Source of the DNA: Allosphingosinicella sp.
GTDB lineage: Bacteria > Pseudomonadota > Alphaproteobacteria > Sphingomonadales > Sphingomonadaceae
NCBI GenBank assembly: GCA_035630915.1
Contig: DASQJU010000167.1
Coordinates: 1 to 63,246 of the forward strand
Length of the DNA: 63,246 nucleotides
Direction of reading: 5' to 3'
The position numbers and the translations under genes were made by a program. The notes under the pieces are model-generated. The model was not told the origin of the DNA. It worked only from the letters and a program-made list of their open reading frames with translations, and searched no databases. Shown here one piece after another: positions 46,597-54,943 of the stretch. Within the stretch, counting starts at the first letter, position 1, and each line of letters opens with the position of its first letter.

Positions 46597-47228
46597 TCCC
46601 TCACCGCTTCCTCATCCTCGTCCTGCCGATCGCGCTGGCCTCCTGCGGCGGGCTGCTCGGCGGCGGGCGGCCCGCCGAGCTCTACCGCTTCGGCGGAGCG
46701 GCCGCAGCGCCGGCCGAGGCGCCGCAGCCGGCCATGGGCCAGTCGATCCTGGTCTCCTATCGCGGCGCGGATTTCGAGGCCGAAAGCCGCGGCGACCGGA
46801 TCCTCACCGCGACCGGCGCGAGCGTGAGCTATGTCGCCGAAGCGCGCTGGATTGCGCCGGCCTCGCAACTGTTCGACGGCGCGCTGATGCGCTCGCTCGG
46901 GCATCTCTCCCCGGCGATCCGAATCGTGCGGCCGGGCGACGTGCCGCGCGCCGATTTCACGCTTTCCGTCGATGTTCGCCGGTTCGAAGCGGTCTATCTC
47001 GGCGCCGAAGCGCCTGAGGCGCTGATCGAGGCCAACGTCCAGCTCATCCGCCGCTCCGACCGCACGATCGTCGGCGAATGGCCGGTTTCCAGCCGGGAGC
47101 CCGCCGACGCCAACCGGGTCACCTCGATCGTCGCCGCCTTCGACCGCGCGACCGCCACGGTGACGGCGCGGATCAGCGACCTCACCCGCGACACCGTCGG
47201 CCGAACTTCGATCTCCTCTTCGCGCTAG
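46593..47228 (+). CDS. PqiC-like ABC auxiliary lipoprotein
   Basis: Lipobox LASC; YVAEARWIAP, VDVRRFEA. Last gene of the MCE operon. Confidence 0.8.
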   Translation: MIPHRFLILVLPIALASCGGLLGGGRPAELYRFGGAAAAPAEAPQPAMGQSILVSYRGADFEAESRGDRILTATGASVSYVAEARWIAPASQLFDGALMRSLGHLSPAIRIVRPGDVPRADFTLSVDVRRFEAVYLGAEAPEALIEANVQLIRRSDRTIVGEWPVSSREPADANRVTSIVAAFDRATATVTARISDLTRDTVGRTSISSSR

Positions 47229-47280
47229 TCTCGGCTCATTTCCAGGCTATGCCATGGGGCGTAGCGGAGGCGCGATTGCG

Positions 47281-47967
47281 ATGACCGAGGACGATAGCTT
47301 GCGCCCGCTCGCGGCGGCGCTGGAGCACCTGACGGCGGCGCGGCATTCCTGCCGCGCCTTCCTGCCCGATCCGGTCCCGCACGGGACGATCGAGCGGATC
47401 GTGCGCCTGGCGGGGCGGGCCGCCTCGTGGTGCAACGCGCAGCCCTGGCAGCTGATCATCACCGAAGGCGCGGCGACCGAGCGCTTCCGCGCGGCGCTGA
47501 TGGCTCAGGCGCCCGCCGACCCGCATTTCCCGTGGCCGACGGCCTATCACGGCCCCTTTGGCGAGCGGCGGCGGGCGTGCGGCTACCAGCTCTACGAAGC
47601 GGTTGGCATCGCGCGCGACGACGCGCCGGCCCGCGCGGCCCAAGCCATGGAGAATTTCCGCCTGTTCGGCGCGCCGCATGTCGCGCTGCTGACCAGCGAC
47701 AGCGATCTCGGGACTTACGGCGCGATCGATTGCGGCGGCTTCATCGCCAATTTCCTGCTCGCCGCGCACAGCCTCGGCGTTGCCAGCATCGCTCAGGCGG
47801 CGCTGTCGCTCCATTCCGATTTCATCGCCAGGCATTTCGCGCTGCCGGCCGGGCGCCGCTTCATCTGCGGCATCTCCTTCGGCTACGAGGATGCAAGCCA
47901 CCCCGCCAACGCCTTCCGCACCGCCCGTGCGCCGCTGGACGAAGTAGCCGTGTTCGTAGAAGCCTGA
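47281..47967 (+). CDS. Nitroreductase family protein
   Basis: RHSCRAF, ASWCNAQPW, NFRLFGAPH, CGISFGY. Confidence 0.9.
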   Translation: MTEDDSLRPLAAALEHLTAARHSCRAFLPDPVPHGTIERIVRLAGRAASWCNAQPWQLIITEGAATERFRAALMAQAPADPHFPWPTAYHGPFGERRRACGYQLYEAVGIARDDAPARAAQAMENFRLFGAPHVALLTSDSDLGTYGAIDCGGFIANFLLAAHSLGVASIAQAALSLHSDFIARHFALPAGRRFICGISFGYEDASHPANAFRTARAPLDEVAVFVEA

Positions 47968-47980
47968 GCCCAGGCCGCGA

Positions 47981-48499
47981 TCAGCGTCTCGCCCCGGTTT
48001 CGCCGTTCAGCCAATTGCCGAGCGAGGACAGGACCAAGGTGGCCAGCAGGGTTAGGTGGATGCCGACGAGCCAGCGCAGCTCGGCTGGCGGGTGCCCTTC
48101 CTCGCTCTGGATCTCCATGAACGCCTTGAGCAGGTCGATCGCGGTGATCGCCACCAGCGAGGAAAGCAGCTTCGTCTTGAGCCCGGAATAGCCCACTTCG
48201 CCGATCCAGGTCGGGCGGTCGTCATGCTCGATATCGATCCGCGAGACGAAGGTTTCATAGCCGACATAGATGACGATCAGCACGAGATTGGCGATCAGCG
48301 CCAGGTCGATGAAGGCGAGCACCGCCACCGCCGTCTGGTGGACCGAGAGGGTAAAGATCTGCGAGCCGATCCACACCAGGTAGCGCGCGAAGACGACCAG
48401 CAGCATGGCCAGGCAGAAGACGAGGCCGATGTAGATCGGCGCGGCAAGCCAGCGGGACGCGAACAGCAACCGCTCAAGTCCGTCCTCGATCCGCTTCAT
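47981..48499 (-). CDS. YqhA/UPF0114 membrane protein
   Basis: ERLLFASRWLAAPIYIGL, IDLALIANL, GYETFVSRID, LKTKL..IDLLKAFM. Confidence 0.85.
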   Translation of the reverse strand: MKRIEDGLERLLFASRWLAAPIYIGLVFCLAMLLVVFARYLVWIGSQIFTLSVHQTAVAVLAFIDLALIANLVLIVIYVGYETFVSRIDIEHDDRPTWIGEVGYSGLKTKLLSSLVAITAIDLLKAFMEIQSEEGHPPAELRWLVGIHLTLLATLVLSSLGNWLNGETGARR

Positions 48500-48508
48500 C
48501 AGGCGCCC

Positions 48509-50104
48509 CTAGAAAGCGACGATCCAGTCGCTGGAGAAGACCCAGCCATTGCCGCCGACCACCATCGGCAGCGAGGAGCCGCCCACCGGTGAATGGTCGA
48601 GCCGCAGCGCCTGGAAGTTCCACCGCACCTCGCGCCGGCGGAACGGGAAGAGGTTGATGCCGAGCGCCAGCTCGGATGGATTCCCGTACTGGCCGAAGAT
48701 GTGCGAATAGGTCGCGTAGGCCTGGACCCGGTTCGGAATGACCATCGCCGAGCCCTGCAGCGAGAAACCGTGATCGTAGAGCTCGGTCACCGGGATCGTG
48801 CCGATCACGTCGAAATCGTCGACCCAGCGGAAATAATATTCGCCCTCCAGGCTGAAGCCGCGATACTTCAGGCCCGCATTGACCGCCAGCATCTGATAGG
48901 TCGCCCGCTCCACCTTGCCGCCAGTGCCGAACGGATCGGGGCTGAACAGGAGCGTGCCGTCCGACAGGCGGATCTGGCTGTTCTCGAAATCGTCGATTTC
49001 GGGCTGGCCCTGCGCGGTTTCGCGGCTGCGGGTATAGTGGATGCCCAGAAGCGTCGCCACTTCCTGGTGCCGCTCATAATCGCCGAAGCCCGAGGCGGGG
49101 CCGAACTCGCCGGTCGTCGGCATCCACCACAAAGCACCGGAGAAAGTGTTGAAGCCGGAGTCGAGCTCGAGCGAGCTGACTCCGAGCTGAGCGAGATTGT
49201 TGGCGATCGCCACCCGGTAGCGCAGCCCGCGCAACAGCTCGCCCTGCGCGTCGATGCCGGTTGAATAGGAGCCGCGGAAGAATTCGTCGGCCATCACGCG
49301 GTTGTCGTTCCGCAGCCAGTTGGGGAAAGTGTAGTTCGTGCTGCGCGTGGTCGGCAGCGGCATCACGCCGGCGGTCACCGTCAGCAGGTCCGAGAAACGG
49401 TACTGGAAATAGCCGCCGAGTACGACCTGCGCGCCCTCGCCCATCTGCGAGTTCGAGGTCCAGAAGAAGAAGTAGTAGCGGAAGTTCGGATCGAACAGCC
49501 AGCCCTTGAAGTTCCAGCTCATCTTCTGGAACTGGATGTCGTTGCGGATGTCGCTGAGCGGCAGGACTCGGCCGAAGCTGTCGGTATAGCTGGGATCGAG
49601 CGCGGTCTGGTTGAGGTAGCGGACGTAGGAGTAGACGCCTGCGCCGAGCTCGCCGATGTCGCTGCGGACGAGGACGAAGCCTCGGCCCGGCTCGTAGCGG
49701 GTGCCCCAGCCCGTCTGGTCTTCATCGCGTGCCGGGGCAGGCACCGTCGCTGTCGACTGCTCCTGCCCTTGGGGGGTCTGGAGACCAAGATCCAATGGCT
49801 GCCCCGAATGCTCCGTTGTCAGACCGGTTTGCGGCGGCTGCGCTGTCGCTAGCCCGCTTTGCGGCGGAGTAACGCCGAGCTGCGTCTCGAGCGCCTCGAT
49901 CCGCGCGTCGAACGCATTCATGTCGTGCTGCATCTGTTGACGCTCCGCCCGCAATGCCCGCAGCTCCTCCAGCACCTGCTCGGGCGTGGCTGGACCTTGC
50001 GTCGGCGGGGGAGCTCCCGTCTCGACCGGCTCAGGTTGGGCCAGCGCCATGCCGGGGATCAAGAGCAACGGGATCGTCGCGCCCAGCAGCATCACCTTAC
50101 GCAT
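48509..50104 (-). CDS. Uncharacterised outer-membrane beta-barrel protein with N-terminal coiled coil
   Basis: Signal peptide MRKVMLLG..ALA-Q after a GGAGGAG RBS, coiled coil, alternating aromatic strands, C-terminal Phe (DWIVAF). Confidence 0.75.
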   Translation of the reverse strand: MRKVMLLGATIPLLLIPGMALAQPEPVETGAPPPTQGPATPEQVLEELRALRAERQQMQHDMNAFDARIEALETQLGVTPPQSGLATAQPPQTGLTTEHSGQPLDLGLQTPQGQEQSTATVPAPARDEDQTGWGTRYEPGRGFVLVRSDIGELGAGVYSYVRYLNQTALDPSYTDSFGRVLPLSDIRNDIQFQKMSWNFKGWLFDPNFRYYFFFWTSNSQMGEGAQVVLGGYFQYRFSDLLTVTAGVMPLPTTRSTNYTFPNWLRNDNRVMADEFFRGSYSTGIDAQGELLRGLRYRVAIANNLAQLGVSSLELDSGFNTFSGALWWMPTTGEFGPASGFGDYERHQEVATLLGIHYTRSRETAQGQPEIDDFENSQIRLSDGTLLFSPDPFGTGGKVERATYQMLAVNAGLKYRGFSLEGEYYFRWVDDFDVIGTIPVTELYDHGFSLQGSAMVIPNRVQAYATYSHIFGQYGNPSELALGINLFPFRRREVRWNFQALRLDHSPVGGSSLPMVVGGNGWVFSSDWIVAF

Positions 50105-50121
50105 AACACTCCTCCCCACCA

Positions 50122-51240
50122 TCACCCCGCCCCCGGAACATGCTCGCGCTCCCAGGCGCGAACCCGGCGGCGGCCCTCGTCGAACAGCCGGTCGTAATTG
50201 CCCATCGTGATCGCCGCCTTGGTCTCCGGGCGGAGGCGGGCGAAGATCGAGTCCCAGCGGTTGAACACGCGCAGATCCGCCGGCTGGTCGGGGGGCGCGA
50301 CATTGTCGGTGCCGAACAGGAAGCGGTCCGGAAAACGGTCGAACATGGCGGCGACCCGCCCCTCGATCTCGGGCGTCGCGGTCGCATATTTGACCACCTC
50401 GTCCCACGAAATGTCGAAATAGACGTGGCGCATGCGCGGATCGGCGAGGATCTGGGTGATGAGGTCGAGATGGTTGAGCGCGCGCTCCGAAGTGCCTGTC
50501 CCGCCGGACCCGGAGGCCTGGATCGCGATCGGCTGGATGACTCGCCCGAGGCCCGTATGCGCCCAGATGATCGTCGTGCGCGGATGGCGCAGCAACAGGT
50601 CGACCATCTGGGTGAAGTAGATCGGAAGCGTCGCGTTGCGCGCGAAGGGCACGTCGATGTCGCAGTGGATGATTACCACCAGCCCGGCCTCGCCGGCGAA
50701 ATCGAGAATCCGGTCGAGCGCGGGGTTGGTCAGGCTCGCCGTCTCGCCGGCGATCTCGCCCGAGACGAACTCCTTGTGGATCGAGAATTCCCCGATTCCG
50801 CTGAACACGCCGGGGAAGGTCTCGAGCACGCGGCGGATATGGTCGACGCCGTACATGTCGGCCGGGTTGAAGCCGGTTATCATCGGATCGAGCCGGGCGC
50901 GGTCGGCCGGCGGCAGCGAGAGATATTGCTGCGCAATATAGGCGTCGGTGAAGGAGTAATAATAAAGCGGCGCGTCGGTGTGGAGATAATAGGTCGGCGC
51001 GAAATTGCCGGTGTTGCCGAACGCCCAGGTCTGCTGGAGCGGGATGCCGAACAGGGTCGACCGGTGGACCCGGTTGCCCATGATCTCCAGATAGCGGCGG
51101 ACCGTGATGCCCTGCTGGATGTAGTTGGTCAGGTGGAAGTGGCTGTCGTTGAACAACCAGGTGTCGCCGCCGCGCTGCGCCCCCGCCGGCGCGGCGGCGA
51201 GGCCGAGGGCGGCCGCGAGGAGGAGGCCGGCGCGCCTCAC
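50122..51240 (-). CDS. Exported metal-dependent amidohydrolase
   Basis: Signal peptide (GTG 51240, RRAGLLLAAALGLAAAPAGA-Q); DSHFH, GIGEF, IIHCD, WAHTG, FLFGTD metal-ligand motifs. Confidence 0.82.
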   Translation of the reverse strand: MRRAGLLLAAALGLAAAPAGAQRGGDTWLFNDSHFHLTNYIQQGITVRRYLEIMGNRVHRSTLFGIPLQQTWAFGNTGNFAPTYYLHTDAPLYYYSFTDAYIAQQYLSLPPADRARLDPMITGFNPADMYGVDHIRRVLETFPGVFSGIGEFSIHKEFVSGEIAGETASLTNPALDRILDFAGEAGLVVIIHCDIDVPFARNATLPIYFTQMVDLLLRHPRTTIIWAHTGLGRVIQPIAIQASGSGGTGTSERALNHLDLITQILADPRMRHVYFDISWDEVVKYATATPEIEGRVAAMFDRFPDRFLFGTDNVAPPDQPADLRVFNRWDSIFARLRPETKAAITMGNYDRLFDEGRRRVRAWEREHVPGAG

Positions 51241-51251
51241 GTCCGCATGCC

Positions 51252-52307
51252 TCAGCCGAACTGCGCGTAAGGGTTGGCGTCCAGATCGCGGACGATGTCG
51301 GTGATCGCGCGCTGGCCGCGGACGCTGTTGCCGGCGGCGTCGAGCGGCGGGGCGAAGGTGCCGATGCCGAACCGGCCGGGCGCGACGGCCATCAGGCCCC
51401 CGCCGACCCCGCTCTTCGTCGGCAGGCCGGTGCGGAACAGCCACTTGCCGCTGTCGTCATACATGCCCGCGGTGGCCATGATCGCGAGCAGCCCGGGGAC
51501 GTGCGAACGCTCGATCACCTGCGTATGCGTCACGGGATTGCGGCCGCCGAAGGCGAGCGTCGCGCCCATGATGCTGAGGTCGCGCGCCGAGACGTTGATC
51601 GAGCAGGCCCGCGTGTAGAGATCGACTGCGACCGCAGGATCCATGGTGAAGCGCTCATAGGCCGACATCAGGGCGCTGATCGCGCGGTTGCGCTGGTTGG
51701 TGGCGGCTTCCGATTGGTAGACCGGCTGGTTCACCTCGAGCTGGCGTCCGGCGAAGGCCGAGTGCATGCCGAGGATCTTGTTCCACACCTCCTCGGGCGA
51801 GCCGCCCTGGACGTTGCCGACGGTGGCGATCGCGCCCGGATTGACGAGTGGGTTCATCTCGCGCCCGCGATATTGCTCGACCGCGGTGATCGAGTTGAAC
51901 ACCTGCCCCGTGGCATCGACGCCGACACTGTCGATGATCCGCTGGTCGCCCGATTCATTCATCACGAGGGCGGCGGTGATCACCTTGGAGATCGACTGGA
52001 TCGAGAAGACCTGCTCGGAATCGCCGGCGGCGTGGATCCGGCCGTCGCTGCCGACCAGGCTGACTCCGAACAGGGTCGAGGGCACCTGGGCGAGCGCCGG
52101 GATGTAATCGGCATTCGCCCCTTCGGCGAGGCCCGCGTAGCGCTGCTGCGCGCCCTGAACCGCCTGATCGAGCCGCGCGGCCGGGATCGCCGCGGTGCGG
52201 CATCCTTGCGCGCCGGCCGCCGCTGGCAGGCCCATTGCGGCAATTCCGGCGGCGCCGGTTGCCAGCCCGCCGATCAGGGCGCGGCGGTTCATCGTCATGT
52301 CGTTCAT
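51252..52307 (-). CDS. glsA: Glutaminase A with twin-arginine signal peptide
   Basis: ADYIPALA, FSIQSISK (catalytic SxxK), NPLVNPGAI, GLPTKSGVGGG, PPLDAAGNSVRG. N-terminal NRRALI..AAAGA-Q. Confidence 0.92.
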   Translation of the reverse strand: MNDMTMNRRALIGGLATGAAGIAAMGLPAAAGAQGCRTAAIPAARLDQAVQGAQQRYAGLAEGANADYIPALAQVPSTLFGVSLVGSDGRIHAAGDSEQVFSIQSISKVITAALVMNESGDQRIIDSVGVDATGQVFNSITAVEQYRGREMNPLVNPGAIATVGNVQGGSPEEVWNKILGMHSAFAGRQLEVNQPVYQSEAATNQRNRAISALMSAYERFTMDPAVAVDLYTRACSINVSARDLSIMGATLAFGGRNPVTHTQVIERSHVPGLLAIMATAGMYDDSGKWLFRTGLPTKSGVGGGLMAVAPGRFGIGTFAPPLDAAGNSVRGQRAITDIVRDLDANPYAQFG

Positions 52308-52332
52308 TCGGATTTCTCCCCGGAATATTGGA

Positions 52333-53685
52333 TCAATTCGCCCACAGCTGGTCGCTCGAGAACGAGATCTTGAACGAGAACTGGAGGCGTATGTCGTCGC
52401 CGCTCGCGCCGTCATTGTCGGTCCGCTGGCCCCAGAGGATTTCCGGGCCGAGCAGGAGGCGGCTGCCAGGCGCCCAGAGCAGGTTGGCCGAGGCATATTC
52501 GCCGCGATGGAAGGCGGTCGCATCCTGGAAGTTGGTGTTGTCGACCTCAACAAGGCTGTAGCCGATCGCCGAACTCAAAGTGGGCGTCCACTGCAGGTCG
52601 AGATAGGCGGTGATGCCGAGCAAGGGCACGGCTTCGGCTTCGCCGAGCTGGTTGAACGGGACCGGCGGTGGCGGGAAGATTGGCGGCGCGACGAGCAGGG
52701 CCGCGCTCGGCGCCAGGTCCATGCCGCCGTCGTTCATGTAGCTGGCGATGCCTTCGCCGTAGACCCCGCCGACGCGCAAGGTGGCGATGCCCCATTTGAA
52801 CGCGCCGCCGAGCATCACGCCCCAGCCGAGCTCACTGCCCTGCGGCTCGTTGTCGACCGTGCCCAGCGTGTCATAGCCGATCTTGCGCAGGAGTCCCGAG
52901 AGCTGGATGTGGCCCCAATCGCCCTGATAGCGGACCATTGCGGTGAAATCGGGCAGCTCCTCATTGTTTCTGATGTTGGTGGCGAGGTCGGAATCGATCA
53001 GGCGAATATTGCCGGTGTCGATGTCGCCGGTGGCGTGCTCGAGCGCGACAGCCGCGGTCCAGCCGCCACTGTTGACAAAGGTGAAGCGGAGCTGGGGCGT
53101 GCGCAGGAAAACCATCCCGTTGGGGCCCCAATAGTCGACCACGTTGGGAAAGAGGTCGCCGTCCATGAACAGGCTGTTGGTCTGCCCGGCGAGGATCGGG
53201 CCCCAGCGTCCATAAGCGTGGCGGAGGCGGATCGTGGTCTGGCCGGCATCGCCGCCGACGCCGTACATGTCGAATTCGAACTTCACCTCATAGTCGCGGC
53301 CGGCCATCTCGCCGTCGCCGCGCACGCCGAAACGCGACTGGCGGACGCTGAAGATCGACTGGCCGTCGCTGCCATATTGGCCCTCCAGCGTCGGAATGCG
53401 CGAGGGCCTCAGGGTCGCCGCCCAGTCGGGGTGCACACGGTTGAAATCCTGGATCGCGTCGAACTGGGCGAAGCCATAGATTTCGAGATGGTGGACGTCG
53501 GCGTTTGAATTGTTCTGGAGATTGAGCCAATCGTCCGTCCGGTCGGTGGCCGGTTCCGCTGCGCGCGCCTGCTCACTCGTGGGGGCCTGGACAGCGGGAG
53601 GAGGCGTTGGGTCTATCGGCCCCTGCGCCGCGGCGTCCGGCGGCGACGCCAGCACGAGCATCGTCGCAATCAGTGCCTCGCTCAT
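52333..53685 (-). CDS. DcaP-family trimeric outer-membrane porin
   Basis: IYGFAQFDAIQD, SVRQSRFG, KFEFD, RLRHAYG, LAGQTNSLFMD, RTPQLR, LPDFT. Start ATG 53685. Confidence 0.8.
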   Translation of the reverse strand: MSEALIATMLVLASPPDAAAQGPIDPTPPPAVQAPTSEQARAAEPATDRTDDWLNLQNNSNADVHHLEIYGFAQFDAIQDFNRVHPDWAATLRPSRIPTLEGQYGSDGQSIFSVRQSRFGVRGDGEMAGRDYEVKFEFDMYGVGGDAGQTTIRLRHAYGRWGPILAGQTNSLFMDGDLFPNVVDYWGPNGMVFLRTPQLRFTFVNSGGWTAAVALEHATGDIDTGNIRLIDSDLATNIRNNEELPDFTAMVRYQGDWGHIQLSGLLRKIGYDTLGTVDNEPQGSELGWGVMLGGAFKWGIATLRVGGVYGEGIASYMNDGGMDLAPSAALLVAPPIFPPPPVPFNQLGEAEAVPLLGITAYLDLQWTPTLSSAIGYSLVEVDNTNFQDATAFHRGEYASANLLWAPGSRLLLGPEILWGQRTDNDGASGDDIRLQFSFKISFSSDQLWAN

Positions 53686-53748
53686 GATAAACCCCTTCCG
53701 CGAAACCGTTTGTCGGTTCGTTCTGAGGGTTCCGGAGCAGACCGGCAC

Positions 53749-53833
53749 TCGGGCAATCCCCCGACTTGGACCCGGGTGATCCCCGACAAGGGGTGGGGGT
53801 AATTCCCACCTGTAGAGCTGGGTCATTTCCCGG
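53749..53833. promoter_or_regulatory. Array of four GGG-N5-7-CCC palindromes upstream of the porin operon
   Basis: TCGGG-CAATCC-CCCGA, CCGGG-TGATC-CCCGA, GTGGG-GGTAATT-CCCAC, CTGGG-TCATTT-CCCGG at 21-25 bp periodicity. Confidence 0.55.
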
Positions 53834-53870
53834 AGAGCGCAGAGGTGATCAGCGCATTTGTACCGCCAAC

Positions 53871-53910
53871 AAAGAAGGGCGGCGAAGCCCGAAGCTTTCG
53901 CCGCCCCTTC
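53871..53910 (-). terminator. Intrinsic terminator after the Gly-rich gene
   Basis: Hairpin GAAGGGCGGCGAA..TTCGCCGCCCCTTC with an A-rich left flank. Confidence 0.75.
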
Positions 53911-53932
53911 TCAGGGAATGACCGCAGCCTTC

Positions 53933-54943
53933 CTACGGCATTGGCTGAGGCGGCAGAGGCGGAGGCGCCCCTGGATCGGGCTGGCCCTGCGGCTGCTCGA
54001 CGACGACGTAGGTGATGTCGTCGCCCTGATATTGCGGCGCATACCAGGCGCCGCCGCAGCCATAATAGGGACTGCCGCCATAATAATAAGGCGAGCACCC
54101 GCCCGGCAGATAGGGATAGTAGGAGCCGACGATCGCCGCGGTCATCCCCGCGACGGCCAGGCCGGCGCCGGGGAACCAATTGTCGCCCCAGCCATAATCA
54201 TTGTCCCAATTGCCGTTGCCGTTGCCAACGTTGATGTCGCCGGTGTTGATGTTGCCGTTGTTGATGTTGTTGCCACCGCCGCCGCCGGGGCGGTTGCCTG
54301 GCGTCCCAGGACGGCCAGGGCCGCCGGGACCGCCGGGGCCGCCGGGGCGACCGATGCCACCGGCACCACCGGGCCCGCCGGGGCGACCGATGCCACCAGC
54401 ACCACCAGGACCGCCGGGACGACCGACACCACCGGCACCGCCCGGACCGCCGGGACGACCGACGCCGCCAGCGCCGCCCGGCCCGCCGGGACGGCCGACA
54501 CCGCCGGCGCCGCCTGCCCCGCCCGGGCGGCCAACACTGGGACCGCCATTGGAGGGTCGGTTGCCCATGCCTCGTGCGGCCCCGTAGCTGCGGTCGGCCG
54601 TGGACGGACGCGATCCGCCGCCGCGGTTGCCGCCATAGGTGCCGCCGCCGCGGTTGCCGCCATAGGCGCCGCCGCCGCGGCCGCCGCCGTAATTGATGCT
54701 GCTGCGCGATCCGCCGCGCGTGCCGGAGCTCATCCCGCGCGACGAGCCGCTATAGCCGCCCCGTCCGCCGCCGCCGCCGCGACTGAAGCCGCCACCGCCG
54801 CCGCCGCCGCGGCTCATCCCGCCGCCGCCACGTCCGCCCCCCCCACCGCCGCGCCCGCGCTGTGCGTCGGCCGTGGTGGCGGCGACGATCGAGAGAACGC
54901 CAACTGTGGCGATCAAGAAGCTGGAAAGCTTGAACTTGCTCAT
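53933..54943 (-). CDS. Secreted glycine-rich repeat protein with Tyr-rich C-terminal domain (DUF6515-like)
   Basis: Signal peptide MSKFKL..ADA-Q, RGG tract, GRPGGPGGAGG repeats, Asn-rich segment, LPGGC..YYGCGGAWY..YVVV. Start overlaps the upstream stop. Confidence 0.8.
   Translation of the reverse strand: MSKFKLSSFLIATVGVLSIVAATTADAQRGRGGGGGGRGGGGMSRGGGGGGGFSRGGGGGRGGYSGSSRGMSSGTRGGSRSSINYGGGRGGGAYGGNRGGGTYGGNRGGGSRPSTADRSYGAARGMGNRPSNGGPSVGRPGGAGGAGGVGRPGGPGGAGGVGRPGGPGGAGGVGRPGGPGGAGGIGRPGGPGGAGGIGRPGGPGGPGGPGRPGTPGNRPGGGGGNNINNGNINTGDINVGNGNGNWDNDYGWGDNWFPGAGLAVAGMTAAIVGSYYPYLPGGCSPYYYGGSPYYGCGGAWYAPQYQGDDITYVVVEQPQGQPDPGAPPPLPPQPMP
54317..54532 (-). repeat. Six tandem 36-bp units encoding GRPGG(P/A)GG(A/P)GG(V/I/P)
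   Basis: Read directly from the sequence. Synonymous positions differ between units. Confidence 0.9.

Noticed and set aside
43758-47967. Mla/Pqi-type ABC operon and nitroreductase as a novel system
   Set aside because: A common four-gene MCE arrangement in alphaproteobacteria; nothing unusual seen.
54317-54532. 36-bp repeats as a possible CRISPR array
   Set aside because: The units are directly tandem with no unique spacers, lie in frame within a CDS, and no cas genes are present.
54201-54587. Plus-strand ORF with collagen-like PPGPPGRP repeats (and overlapping 53858..55066)
   Set aside because: Mirror image of the Gly codons of the minus-strand gene, which has the signal peptide, operon coupling and terminator.
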